This document shows, piece by piece, positions 7,624-15,541 of a stretch of DNA of 64,000 nucleotides; position 1 is the stretch's first letter, and each line of letters begins with the position of its first letter. The position numbers and the translations under genes were made by a program. The notes beneath the pieces are model-generated. The model saw only the letters and a list, made by a program, of their open reading frames with translations. It did not search any database and was not told where the DNA came from. The stretch spans positions 15,390 through 79,389 of the forward strand of contig JACQFI010000044.1 of the NCBI GenBank assembly GCA_016200135.1, in the 5' to 3' direction. This DNA is from Planctomycetota bacterium (GTDB lineage Bacteria > Planctomycetota > SZUA-567 > H5-PLA8).

Positions 7624-10600
7624 CTAATCCAGATCCTTTAAGGCCGCCTGCAGGCTCGCCACCTTGGCCCGGTACTCGGCCAGCCGGGCTTTCTCGGCGT
7701 CCACTTTATCCGGCGGCGCGTTCTTTACGAACTTATCGTCGCCCAGCTTCTTCTTGCCCTGGTTCACCGCATGCTGCGTGCGCTCGATCTCCTTCGCGAG
7801 CCGCTCGCGCTCCTTGGCGGGATCGATCAGTCCGGCCAGGGCCACGTACAACTCCGCGCCCGCGAACACTTCCGTTCCGGCTGGCTTAGGCTTCTGAACA
7901 TTTAGGCCGATCTCGATCTGCTTCACGTTCGCCATCTGCACCAGGATGTGCTTCTGCGCCAGGAGACGCTTCGCCGCCGCATCGTCCGTGGTCTTGATGA
8001 ACACGCTCAGCGCTTCCTTTGGCTGGATGCCGTTCTTCTGGCGGATGTTACGTACCGCGCGCACGGCTTCGAGCACACTAAGAAATTCATCTTCTAGATC
8101 GGTATTCAACAAGCCAAAGGTTGGATCCGGCCAGCACGAACCTGCGAGCATTTCACCCACGAATGGACGCTCCTTGCCCACGTCGTCGGTCGGCGGGTAA
8201 CCTAAGTTGCGCGAGGTTGGCGTAGGGGCTTTCCTCGCCAGTTCGGCCCACAGCACTTCGCTGATGAACGGGCAGAACGGATGCAGTAGACGTAGGCTCC
8301 GGTCGAGCACGTGCACAAGTACTGCAGTGGCCGCAGTCTTATCCGAAGAACCCGGCTGCAATCGCGACTTGCTCAATTCGATCGTCCAAGCGCAAAATTC
8401 ATCCCAGAAAAAGGTGTATAATTTGTTTGTGGCCCTGCTGAAATCAAAGTTATCCAAGGCTATTGTCACTTGGTTAATTGTTCCTGTTAGCCGCGAGAGA
8501 ATCCAGCGGTCCTCGTCGCGCAGCCCGGCTTCGATGGCCGCGTGGTCTTCCAAGCGCTTGGCCGTATCGGCGTCGATGCTCGTCAGGACAAACCGCGCGG
8601 CGTTCCACACCTTATTGGTGAAGTTGCGGCCCTTCTCGAAGCGCTTGCTGTCGAGCGCGCCCATCTTCGGTTCGGCGAGCGTCGGCTCGTTGGGCACGGG
8701 CTGCTGGAAGTCCTGCTTGCATTTCGCGCACTTCATCACCGGCTCGGTGCGCTTGCGCGGGAGTTCCTGCATCTCGTCGCAGTGCGGGCAGACGATCTGC
8801 ACCGGGAACTTGATGTCCTGGCCCTCGGTGGCCATGTCGAAGATGGTAAAGCGCATCGCGTCGGCGCCGTAGCGCTGGATGATGTCCAGCGGGTCGATGC
8901 CGTTGCCCTTGCTCTTGGACATCACCGCGCCGTCGCCATCCAGCACCGTGCCATGGATCACCACGTCGCGGTAGGGCTCCTTGCCGAGCAGGTGCTCGCC
9001 CATCATCACCATGCGCGCCACCCAGAAGTAGATGATCCCGCGCGAGGTCACCAGGGTGTCGGTGGGGTAGTAGTATTCGAGTTCCTTGGTCTTCTCCGGC
9101 CAGCCGAGCGTGCTGAACGGCCAGAGGGCGCTCGAGAACCACGTGTCGAGCACGTCCGGGTCGCGCACCAGCGTCTTGCCCTGGTACTGCGGCAGCTTCG
9201 AAGGGTCTTCGCTGGCCACGATCGGCTTGGCGTGCTCGCCGATCAGATAACGGTAGCGCTTACCGTTCTCCACGATCTCGAACGGCTCGTCGGGACCGGC
9301 CTCGATCTTTTCGATCGTGCCGGCGTTGTCTTCCAGGCAGTACCACGCGGGAACCTGGTGGCCCCACCAGATCTGGCGCGAGATCGGCCAGTCGCGCACG
9401 TCCTCGAACCAATTGAGGTACACCTTCGTCCAGCGCTCGGGGTGGAACTTCACGCGGCCCGAAGCGGTCGCGGCCACGGCCAGCTTGCTGAGCGGCTTCA
9501 TGTTCACGAACCACTGCGAGGTGAGGAACGGTTCGATCATCGTGTGGCAGCGGTAACAGTGGCCCACCTGCTGCTTGTGGTCCTTGATCTCGCCCGTCAG
9601 GCCCAGCGCCTTGAGCGCCTCCATCACCGCCTTGCGCGCCTTGTAACGGTCCATCCCGCGGAACTCGGGCGGGCATTCTTCGTTCAGCCGGCCGTCCTCG
9701 GTGAGGATATTCAAGATCTGCAGCTTGTGGCGCAGTCCGATCTGGTAGTCCACCGGATCGTGCGCGGGCGTCACCTTTAGACAGCCGGTGCCGAACTCAC
9801 GATCGAGCGCCGCGTCGCCGATGATGGGGATTTCGCGGCCCGTCAGCGGCAACTTTACCTTCTGGCCGATGAGATGCTTGTAGCGCTCGTCGTCCGGGTG
9901 CACGGCCACGGCGGTGTCGCCGAGCATGGTCTCGGGACGCGTCGTCGCCACGGTCAGATACGGCAGTGCCGAGTTCTGAGTCCTGCTTGCTGAGTCGGCA
10001 AACGGATAATGCAGCTCATAGAGCCGCCCGTTCACTTCCTCGTGCTCCACTTCGTCGTCGCTCAGAGTGGTCCGGCAGCGCGGGCACCAGTTCACCAGGT
10101 ACTTGCCGCGATAGAGCAGGCCGTCTTTAAACAGTTTCACGAAGGCCTCGCGCACGGCGCTGTTCAGGCCCTCGTCGAGCGTGAAGCGCTTGCGCTGCCA
10201 GTCGCAGCTCGCGCCGAGTTTGCGGAGTTGCTTCAGGATCGTGTCGCCGGACTGGTTGGTGAAGTCCCAGATGCGCTTGATCAGTTCCTCGCGGCCGATC
10301 TCGTAGCGGCTCTTGTTCTCGTTCTTTGCGATCTGTTTCTCCACCACGTTCTGCGTGGCGATGCCGGCGTGATCGGTGCCGGGCAGCCAGAGCGTCTCGC
10401 GGCCCTGCATGCGGCGGAAGCGGACCAGGAGGTCCTGCAGCGAGTTGTTCAGCGCGTGGCCGATGTGCAGGACGCCCGTCACGTTCGGCGGCGGGATCAT
10501 GATGGTGTAGGGCTTGCGGCCCGCTTTGGGCTCGGAATGAAAGACGCCGGACTTCTCCCAGCGTTCATACGTGGCGTCTTCGAACTGCTTCGGGTCGTAC

Positions 10601-10659
10601 TGTGTGGGCATCTCGCCCGGCTGCGGTGCGGTGGACATGGCTTCCCCAGACGAATTCAA
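7624..10659 (-). CDS. valS: Valine--tRNA ligase
   Basis: HIGH motif region PPNVTGVLHIGHALN and KMSKS region VMSKSKGNGIDP, class-I editing and anticodon-binding architecture, ~1,000 aa, C-terminal coiled coil. A 4-Cys insertion (CPHCDEMQ...CAKCKQ) follows KMSKS. The start may be at 10659 or at ATG 10638. Confidence 0.95.
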   Translation of the reverse strand: MNSSGEAMSTAPQPGEMPTQYDPKQFEDATYERWEKSGVFHSEPKAGRKPYTIMIPPPNVTGVLHIGHALNNSLQDLLVRFRRMQGRETLWLPGTDHAGIATQNVVEKQIAKNENKSRYEIGREELIKRIWDFTNQSGDTILKQLRKLGASCDWQRKRFTLDEGLNSAVREAFVKLFKDGLLYRGKYLVNWCPRCRTTLSDDEVEHEEVNGRLYELHYPFADSASRTQNSALPYLTVATTRPETMLGDTAVAVHPDDERYKHLIGQKVKLPLTGREIPIIGDAALDREFGTGCLKVTPAHDPVDYQIGLRHKLQILNILTEDGRLNEECPPEFRGMDRYKARKAVMEALKALGLTGEIKDHKQQVGHCYRCHTMIEPFLTSQWFVNMKPLSKLAVAATASGRVKFHPERWTKVYLNWFEDVRDWPISRQIWWGHQVPAWYCLEDNAGTIEKIEAGPDEPFEIVENGKRYRYLIGEHAKPIVASEDPSKLPQYQGKTLVRDPDVLDTWFSSALWPFSTLGWPEKTKELEYYYPTDTLVTSRGIIYFWVARMVMMGEHLLGKEPYRDVVIHGTVLDGDGAVMSKSKGNGIDPLDIIQRYGADAMRFTIFDMATEGQDIKFPVQIVCPHCDEMQELPRKRTEPVMKCAKCKQDFQQPVPNEPTLAEPKMGALDSKRFEKGRNFTNKVWNAARFVLTSIDADTAKRLEDHAAIEAGLRDEDRWILSRLTGTINQVTIALDNFDFSRATNKLYTFFWDEFCAWTIELSKSRLQPGSSDKTAATAVLVHVLDRSLRLLHPFCPFISEVLWAELARKAPTPTSRNLGYPPTDDVGKERPFVGEMLAGSCWPDPTFGLLNTDLEDEFLSVLEAVRAVRNIRQKNGIQPKEALSVFIKTTDDAAAKRLLAQKHILVQMANVKQIEIGLNVQKPKPAGTEVFAGAELYVALAGLIDPAKERERLAKEIERTQHAVNQGKKKLGDDKFVKNAPPDKVDAEKARLAEYRAKVASLQAALKDLD

Positions 10660-10916
10660 ACGGCGGCGCGTGGCGGCTCGAACGTTTCGAAGCGCTCTTG
10701 TAACGGTTAGGGACGTTTCCGGCTAGTAAACGGTTGGGATTAACACACGACGAAGCAGCCGCGCGTGGAAGCCATGCGCGGCCGTGAGAACTCCCATTCC
10801 GCGGCGAAGCGCGGAGAGAACATAGGGTTGCGGCGGTGCGGCATCATGGGTGGGACTATACCGCATGAACTTGGAGGAAGCAAATCGCATCAAAGTGGAT
10901 TGAAGGCAGCGGACAT

Positions 10917-11153
10917 TCAGGGCTTGGAGGTACCGTGTTCCTTTTGGCTCTTCTTCCAGCGTTCCAGGACCTCGTTGGGGTCGGGGATGGGCACCTGGTC
11001 GGCAGGGATTTTTACGACCTTGCCGTCACGCCAAGTGGTTAGAGGCATTCCCAAACGGCGATGTTCAGCTACGACACCGGCATACGCTTCGACGGCCGCC
11101 ATTTCATAAAGAACGTGGTCGGGAATATTCGGCAATTCAAGCTTTTTGATCAT
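10917..11153 (-). CDS. Small protein translationally coupled to the zeta-toxin-like gene (putative antitoxin/partner)
   Basis: 78-aa ORF whose ATG overlaps the upstream gene's TGA (ATGA at 11150-11153). It has lower GC than its surroundings. I recognise no family. Confidence 0.5.
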   Translation of the reverse strand: MIKKLELPNIPDHVLYEMAAVEAYAGVVAEHRRLGMPLTTWRDGKVVKIPADQVPIPDPNEVLERWKKSQKEHGTSKP

Positions 11154-11725
11154 GCCACACCTCCCGACTTCTTGATCTGCGAGTATATCGCGGCATCAAT
11201 GACAATCAACTGTGAGCATTCCCAGTAAGCAATGAGTCTGCTGCGGTCCGTATTGTCAAAAAGCATCCAGTGATCCATTAGCTGACCGTAGACTTGGAGA
11301 AGATTCTGGATGCTCTTTGAATGTCTCCTGCGCACGTCTTCCGGCGGAATGTGATGGCCGCCTTTGGCAACCCTGTCAGCTACCCGTTCAATAGCGGTCG
11401 ATGGGTTGGGCACCCAGAGGAAAAATAGGCGCAAGATGTAGCCTCTTGTTTTCAGATCACGAAGAAAGGGTAAGTAGCTCCGCCCTGCTAGCGTGGTTTC
11501 AAATGCAAAATCGAGGCCCTTTTCCGCCAACTCGCGCAGCCTTCGCAACATGACTTTTCCGGCTTGCAAGGACACGCCTTCTGAATTGAAGGGCGAGAGA
11601 CCCTTGGCAATCAGGTCCGCATTTACGAACTCCGCGCAGCCGGCGTATTGAGGCAAGAGCGTGTTCGCAAAGGTGGTCTTACCCGCGCCGTTGCACCCTG
11701 CGATAATGTAGACAGTCGGCACCAA
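11150..11725 (-). CDS. Zeta-toxin/AAA_33-like P-loop kinase
   Basis: N-terminal Walker A IIAGCNGAGKTT, ~190 aa. Its length and motif layout match the zeta toxin / UDP-GlcNAc kinase family. The gene is about 53% GC against ~67% around it. Confidence 0.75.
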   Translation of the reverse strand: MVPTVYIIAGCNGAGKTTFANTLLPQYAGCAEFVNADLIAKGLSPFNSEGVSLQAGKVMLRRLRELAEKGLDFAFETTLAGRSYLPFLRDLKTRGYILRLFFLWVPNPSTAIERVADRVAKGGHHIPPEDVRRRHSKSIQNLLQVYGQLMDHWMLFDNTDRSRLIAYWECSQLIVIDAAIYSQIKKSGGVA

Positions 11726-11746
11726 TAGATTCCTCAGCCGATCAAT

Positions 11747-14059
11747 TTAAGACGCGTGGGGAACGGGCGTGGGACTCGCGCCGCCGCCCCCGCCGTTCTT
11801 ATCGTCCCCGTCCTTCGGCCGCTTGCGGTCCTTCAAATCTTCCATGCAACTCGGCGGCGGCTCGATGCCGAGCATCTTCGCAATCTCGGCCATGGCCTTG
11901 TCGGAGGCTCGGGCGACCTCTTCGCGCGAGGCATCCTCGGGAATCTTGAACGGTTCGCCGACGAGAATCGTGACCTTGCTGGGCTTTGGGAACTTGGCCG
12001 ACCGTGGAAAGGCTTCGGTATTGCCCCTGATCGCGCAGGGGACCACCGTGGCGCCGGCCCGCTGCGCCAGGAACATCGCGCCCATCTTCGGCTTGCTCAT
12101 TTGGCCTGTGCGCGTGACCGTGCCTTCGGGGAACATCCCGATGCAGATGCCCTGCGCGAGCGCTTTCGAACCTTCTTTCAAGGCACGGATCTGGCTCGCC
12201 TCGTCCACCGGGATGCAGATCATGAAGCGGAAGAACGGATGCGCCCACGAGTAGTAGTAGCTCGAATGCATGATGTACTGCACCCGGCGTTTCATGCAGA
12301 TGCCAAGCCAGACCGGGTCGAGGAAACTGCCGTGGTTTCCAACGAGCATCACCGGGCCCGATTCAGGCACCTTGTCGCGGCCTTCGATGTGGATGCGGAA
12401 GTAAACCTTCGCGATGCACCAGGCAATGAAGCGCGCGGTGTAAAACGTAAAACGCTCGAGGGGCCCGCCCATGTTGAGCTTCTTGGGATTCGCGTAGATG
12501 CCGACATCGAGCATCCAAGCGAGCGGCAGGACCGCGAAGAAACCGAGCATCATGGCCGGCGGCATGAAATGGGCCGTGTTCCAGCGCACGTCGAAATGAG
12601 AATAGAAGCCGAATACGAACAGCGGGCCCATTAAGGCGGACGTAAAGATGAAGCCCTTGATCGAGAAGACGCGCCCGCGCATGGTCTCGTCGGTGATGGC
12701 GAGCATGTCGGCGTCGATCCGCCCGAGCAGCAGGCCGCCGCCGAGTCCCAGCAGGAACATAAAGGGAAAGAGACCCTTCGCGAGGGCCATGTTCTCGGCG
12801 TCGAGCTTCTCGATCCGGGCCCGATCGAAGGACTTCGTATCGCCGGCGATGCGTTCGGCCAGCGCCCGAATGCCCGCCCGTTCGGCCTCGGGGACTTCCC
12901 TTAAGACCTCTTCCGTCTGGTAGCGCTCCGAGAACTCCAGCAGTGCGCGCTCGGGATTGGCCGCGCCCTGCGCGCCAAAATGGGTGTGCATCGCCAGGCC
13001 GATGAGCACGTAGGCGATCGGGTAGGTAAAAAGCGGGCTTATGCGCGCGCTGAATTTGCCGATGGTGAGCGCGCCCAAGAAGAGCCCCAACCCGGCGCAG
13101 CCCAAGCCCACGCTGAAGAAGAAGATCCGGCCGCTCTCCGCCAGATGCAGCACCAGCGACGAATGCCAGGTGATTAACGTATAGAACGCGACGGCCGTGA
13201 TCCAGAATGACGCCTCGAAGACGATCAGCGCCGCGACGCCTTTCTTGCTGAGGCAGTACTTGAGGCCTGCCCAGTTGTTCCGGAAGAACTGGAGGACCTT
13301 GCCGCCTTCGGCAGGAGGAGCCGCAGTGCTGCCGCCGCGACTGGTATCCACGGCCGCTGCGGCGGACGCCCCGTTTGCCGCTTTCCGTTTCATCCCGGGC
13401 ACCGCCACCGCGTCCGGCAGCGCGCGCAGCATGAGCGTGGCGATGATGTAGAATCCGCTGGCCATGGGGATAATCGAGTAGGGCTTGTACTTGTCGGCCA
13501 GCGTACCGCCGATGTAGGTGCCGAGCAGGATGCTCACGAGCCCCGTCACCGCCAACAGGCTGGCCGCGATGCCCGTCTCTTCTTCCGGCACGACGTCCGG
13601 GATCGAACTGGCCCGCGCCGGTCCGAACGGGACCGTGAAAAGGCTGAGCAGGAAGATCACCGGCAACAGGATGAACCAATGCGTGCGGAAGTAGTCCGAC
13701 TTCAGATCGCCCAGCAGCAGGAACATCATGGCCCAGACGGTGGGCGCTTTGAGCAGGCAGACACCCCAAAGCAGACGCCTGCGGTCCATGCCGTCTACGA
13801 CCGAGCCGATCATGGGATAGAAAAAGAACTGCGGCACGACGCCGGCCAGCGTGATCAGCGCGACCTGGGAACTGGGATCCGGAAAGGCCAGCATCACCGC
13901 CGCAATGGTGGCCATCTGGTAAAAACGGTCTCCCAGCGTACCCACCAGCGATCCGAAAAACAGGCGCGTGAACCCGCCGTACGAGAAGACCCAACGCTGC
14001 TCGCCCTCGGAAGGGGCACTCGCTCCAGCATTTTCTGAGGTTGGATGCGTTTCAGCCAT
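11747..14059 (-). CDS. MFS transporter (LplT-like) fused to C-terminal 1-acyl-glycerol-3-phosphate acyltransferase (PlsC/LPLAT) domain
   Basis: The N-terminal ~500 aa contain multiple TM helices with MFS motifs (GSLVGTLGDRF). The C-terminal domain has the acyltransferase HX4D motif VGNHGSFLDP and FPEGTVTRTG. This is an Aas/LplT-type lysophospholipid re-acylation architecture. The ORF extends to 14137; I chose MAETHPT at 14059. Confidence 0.8.
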   Translation of the reverse strand: MAETHPTSENAGASAPSEGEQRWVFSYGGFTRLFFGSLVGTLGDRFYQMATIAAVMLAFPDPSSQVALITLAGVVPQFFFYPMIGSVVDGMDRRRLLWGVCLLKAPTVWAMMFLLLGDLKSDYFRTHWFILLPVIFLLSLFTVPFGPARASSIPDVVPEEETGIAASLLAVTGLVSILLGTYIGGTLADKYKPYSIIPMASGFYIIATLMLRALPDAVAVPGMKRKAANGASAAAAVDTSRGGSTAAPPAEGGKVLQFFRNNWAGLKYCLSKKGVAALIVFEASFWITAVAFYTLITWHSSLVLHLAESGRIFFFSVGLGCAGLGLFLGALTIGKFSARISPLFTYPIAYVLIGLAMHTHFGAQGAANPERALLEFSERYQTEEVLREVPEAERAGIRALAERIAGDTKSFDRARIEKLDAENMALAKGLFPFMFLLGLGGGLLLGRIDADMLAITDETMRGRVFSIKGFIFTSALMGPLFVFGFYSHFDVRWNTAHFMPPAMMLGFFAVLPLAWMLDVGIYANPKKLNMGGPLERFTFYTARFIAWCIAKVYFRIHIEGRDKVPESGPVMLVGNHGSFLDPVWLGICMKRRVQYIMHSSYYYSWAHPFFRFMICIPVDEASQIRALKEGSKALAQGICIGMFPEGTVTRTGQMSKPKMGAMFLAQRAGATVVPCAIRGNTEAFPRSAKFPKPSKVTILVGEPFKIPEDASREEVARASDKAMAEIAKMLGIEPPPSCMEDLKDRKRPKDGDDKNGGGGGASPTPVPHAS

Positions 14060-14261
14060 AGGCGAGGCACTTATCCTAAAATTCCGCTCGGGCGCAAGCG
14101 CCAGGGAATTCCGAACGACTTTCTTGACCAACTGCACGATGTGTAGTATTCTATAAGTTGAAGGAAGATATGTTGTTATATCGCGCTATATTTTCGCGTT
14201 ATCTTTCGGCAAGGACATAGGTTGCAGGAGTTTCAACTGGGTAACGCAGCAGGGAGAACAC

Positions 14262-15347
14262 GTGGGATTAGAATCGCTTACCGAGTCTCAACTCGTTGCC
14301 TACGGCTATTTCGAGAAGCTGCCCGATGGCCGTTGGGCCGTGGACCCCAAGCATCCTGAATGCGGATGTGTTGAAGGTCCGGCGGCCATCCAAGATCCCG
14401 CGATCTCGAAGGCCAAAGCCATTGGCAACTGCCAGCTCTGTTCAAACTGGAACCCGCGCGTCGGCTGCGTGCTGGGAAGCAATCTCGCACTCAGCGAAAG
14501 CCGTTGCAACCAATCGCCCATGCAGTTTGTGACGGAACAGGCCCATGCCTGGGTGGAGATCGGCCGCTTCGACCGGGCGATCTCGCGGCTGGAGACCTAC
14601 CTGAAGGCTCACAGCGACAGCCCCGACGCCTACTTGGCATTGGCCAAGGTGTACGACCATCCCGGATACCACGGCAAGGACAAGCGTCGCGCGATTGTGC
14701 TCTATGGGCGCTACATGGAGCTAAGAGGAAAGAACGCCCAATATCATCCTGAGTTCAAAAGAGCGGCGGTGCGCGTTCAGGTGCTGAGCCGGCAGGCGGT
14801 TCCGTCTTCCGCGGCAGCCGAAGAGGCGCCGCCTTTGGCCACGTTCAATTGCTTCCACCGCAGCGGGGGCCTCACCCACTTCTATGCCTGCGCGCTTACG
14901 TATGACGTGCTGGTGATGGCGTACGTGGGCGACGCCGACCCCGACTCGGGCATATCCTCGCTAGAGGTGGGCGAAACGTTCGAGAAAGCGACCTTTCTTT
15001 GGCGCAAGCTGATGGGCGAGAAAGACCTTAAACAGGAGATCGCGCTGACGGCTAAGGAGATCGAACACGTCAGTGGGCTTAATCCCGTGGCCATGGCCAA
15101 AGATCACCGTTCCAATCTCTGGATTCACCTCAACTCTGTCAAGAAGACCGCTGTCGAGGACGATGCCAAACGCGGTATCCGCAGGGTCACTATCTGGAGC
15201 GGCACGTCCGCCTATGAACTTCTCTTTCCCATGGCTCAAGCGAACCGAGCCGATCACGTCACGGCGCTGGTGCGCTTCCTTTCAAGCGAGGCCTCTCTAT
15301 CGTCCGTCACGCATCCCAAGACCAAATCTTCTTCGGTTGGCGCCTAG
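14262..15347 (+). CDS. Stand-alone paralog of the kinase C-terminal domain (unknown-function Cys-motif domain)
   Basis: GTG start with an AGGGAG RBS. Its 361 aa align end to end with residues ~470-813 of the downstream kinase. Shared blocks include YFxKxxDGRWxxD, CxLCxNWNxRxGC, GRFDxAIxxLE, YxxLAxxYxxPxYxGKDxxRAIxLYGRxxEL, FxCFxRSxG and DPDxGxS. Confidence 0.7.
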   Translation: MGLESLTESQLVAYGYFEKLPDGRWAVDPKHPECGCVEGPAAIQDPAISKAKAIGNCQLCSNWNPRVGCVLGSNLALSESRCNQSPMQFVTEQAHAWVEIGRFDRAISRLETYLKAHSDSPDAYLALAKVYDHPGYHGKDKRRAIVLYGRYMELRGKNAQYHPEFKRAAVRVQVLSRQAVPSSAAAEEAPPLATFNCFHRSGGLTHFYACALTYDVLVMAYVGDADPDSGISSLEVGETFEKATFLWRKLMGEKDLKQEIALTAKEIEHVSGLNPVAMAKDHRSNLWIHLNSVKKTAVEDDAKRGIRRVTIWSGTSAYELLFPMAQANRADHVTALVRFLSSEASLSSVTHPKTKSSSVGA

Positions 15348-15541
15348 GCACCAAATACCAACGCGAGACACTCAAGCCTCGTTAAGCCTGCCGTAACGAT
15401 GTGTTTTCGTCCTGCCTGACTTACCATCAGGCGGAAGCCTTTCTACTTGCACGAATGCTCTTGCTCTATCCCTGATTGCACGTAAAAAGATTCTACGCAA
15501 GGTGCAGTAATCGCTTTTAAGATGGATGATGTATCATTTCT

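Noticed and set aside
12363-13994. 543-aa ORF, same strand but different frame from the MFS-acyltransferase gene
   Set aside because: It has His/Arg/Gly-rich junk composition. The 796-aa frame carries MFS TM helices and the acyltransferase HX4D motif.
14138-14261. AT-rich divergent intergenic region (tatatcgcgctatat near-palindrome) as a possible mobile-element end
   Set aside because: It more simply explains itself as a shared divergent promoter region. There are no terminal inverted repeats or target duplications.
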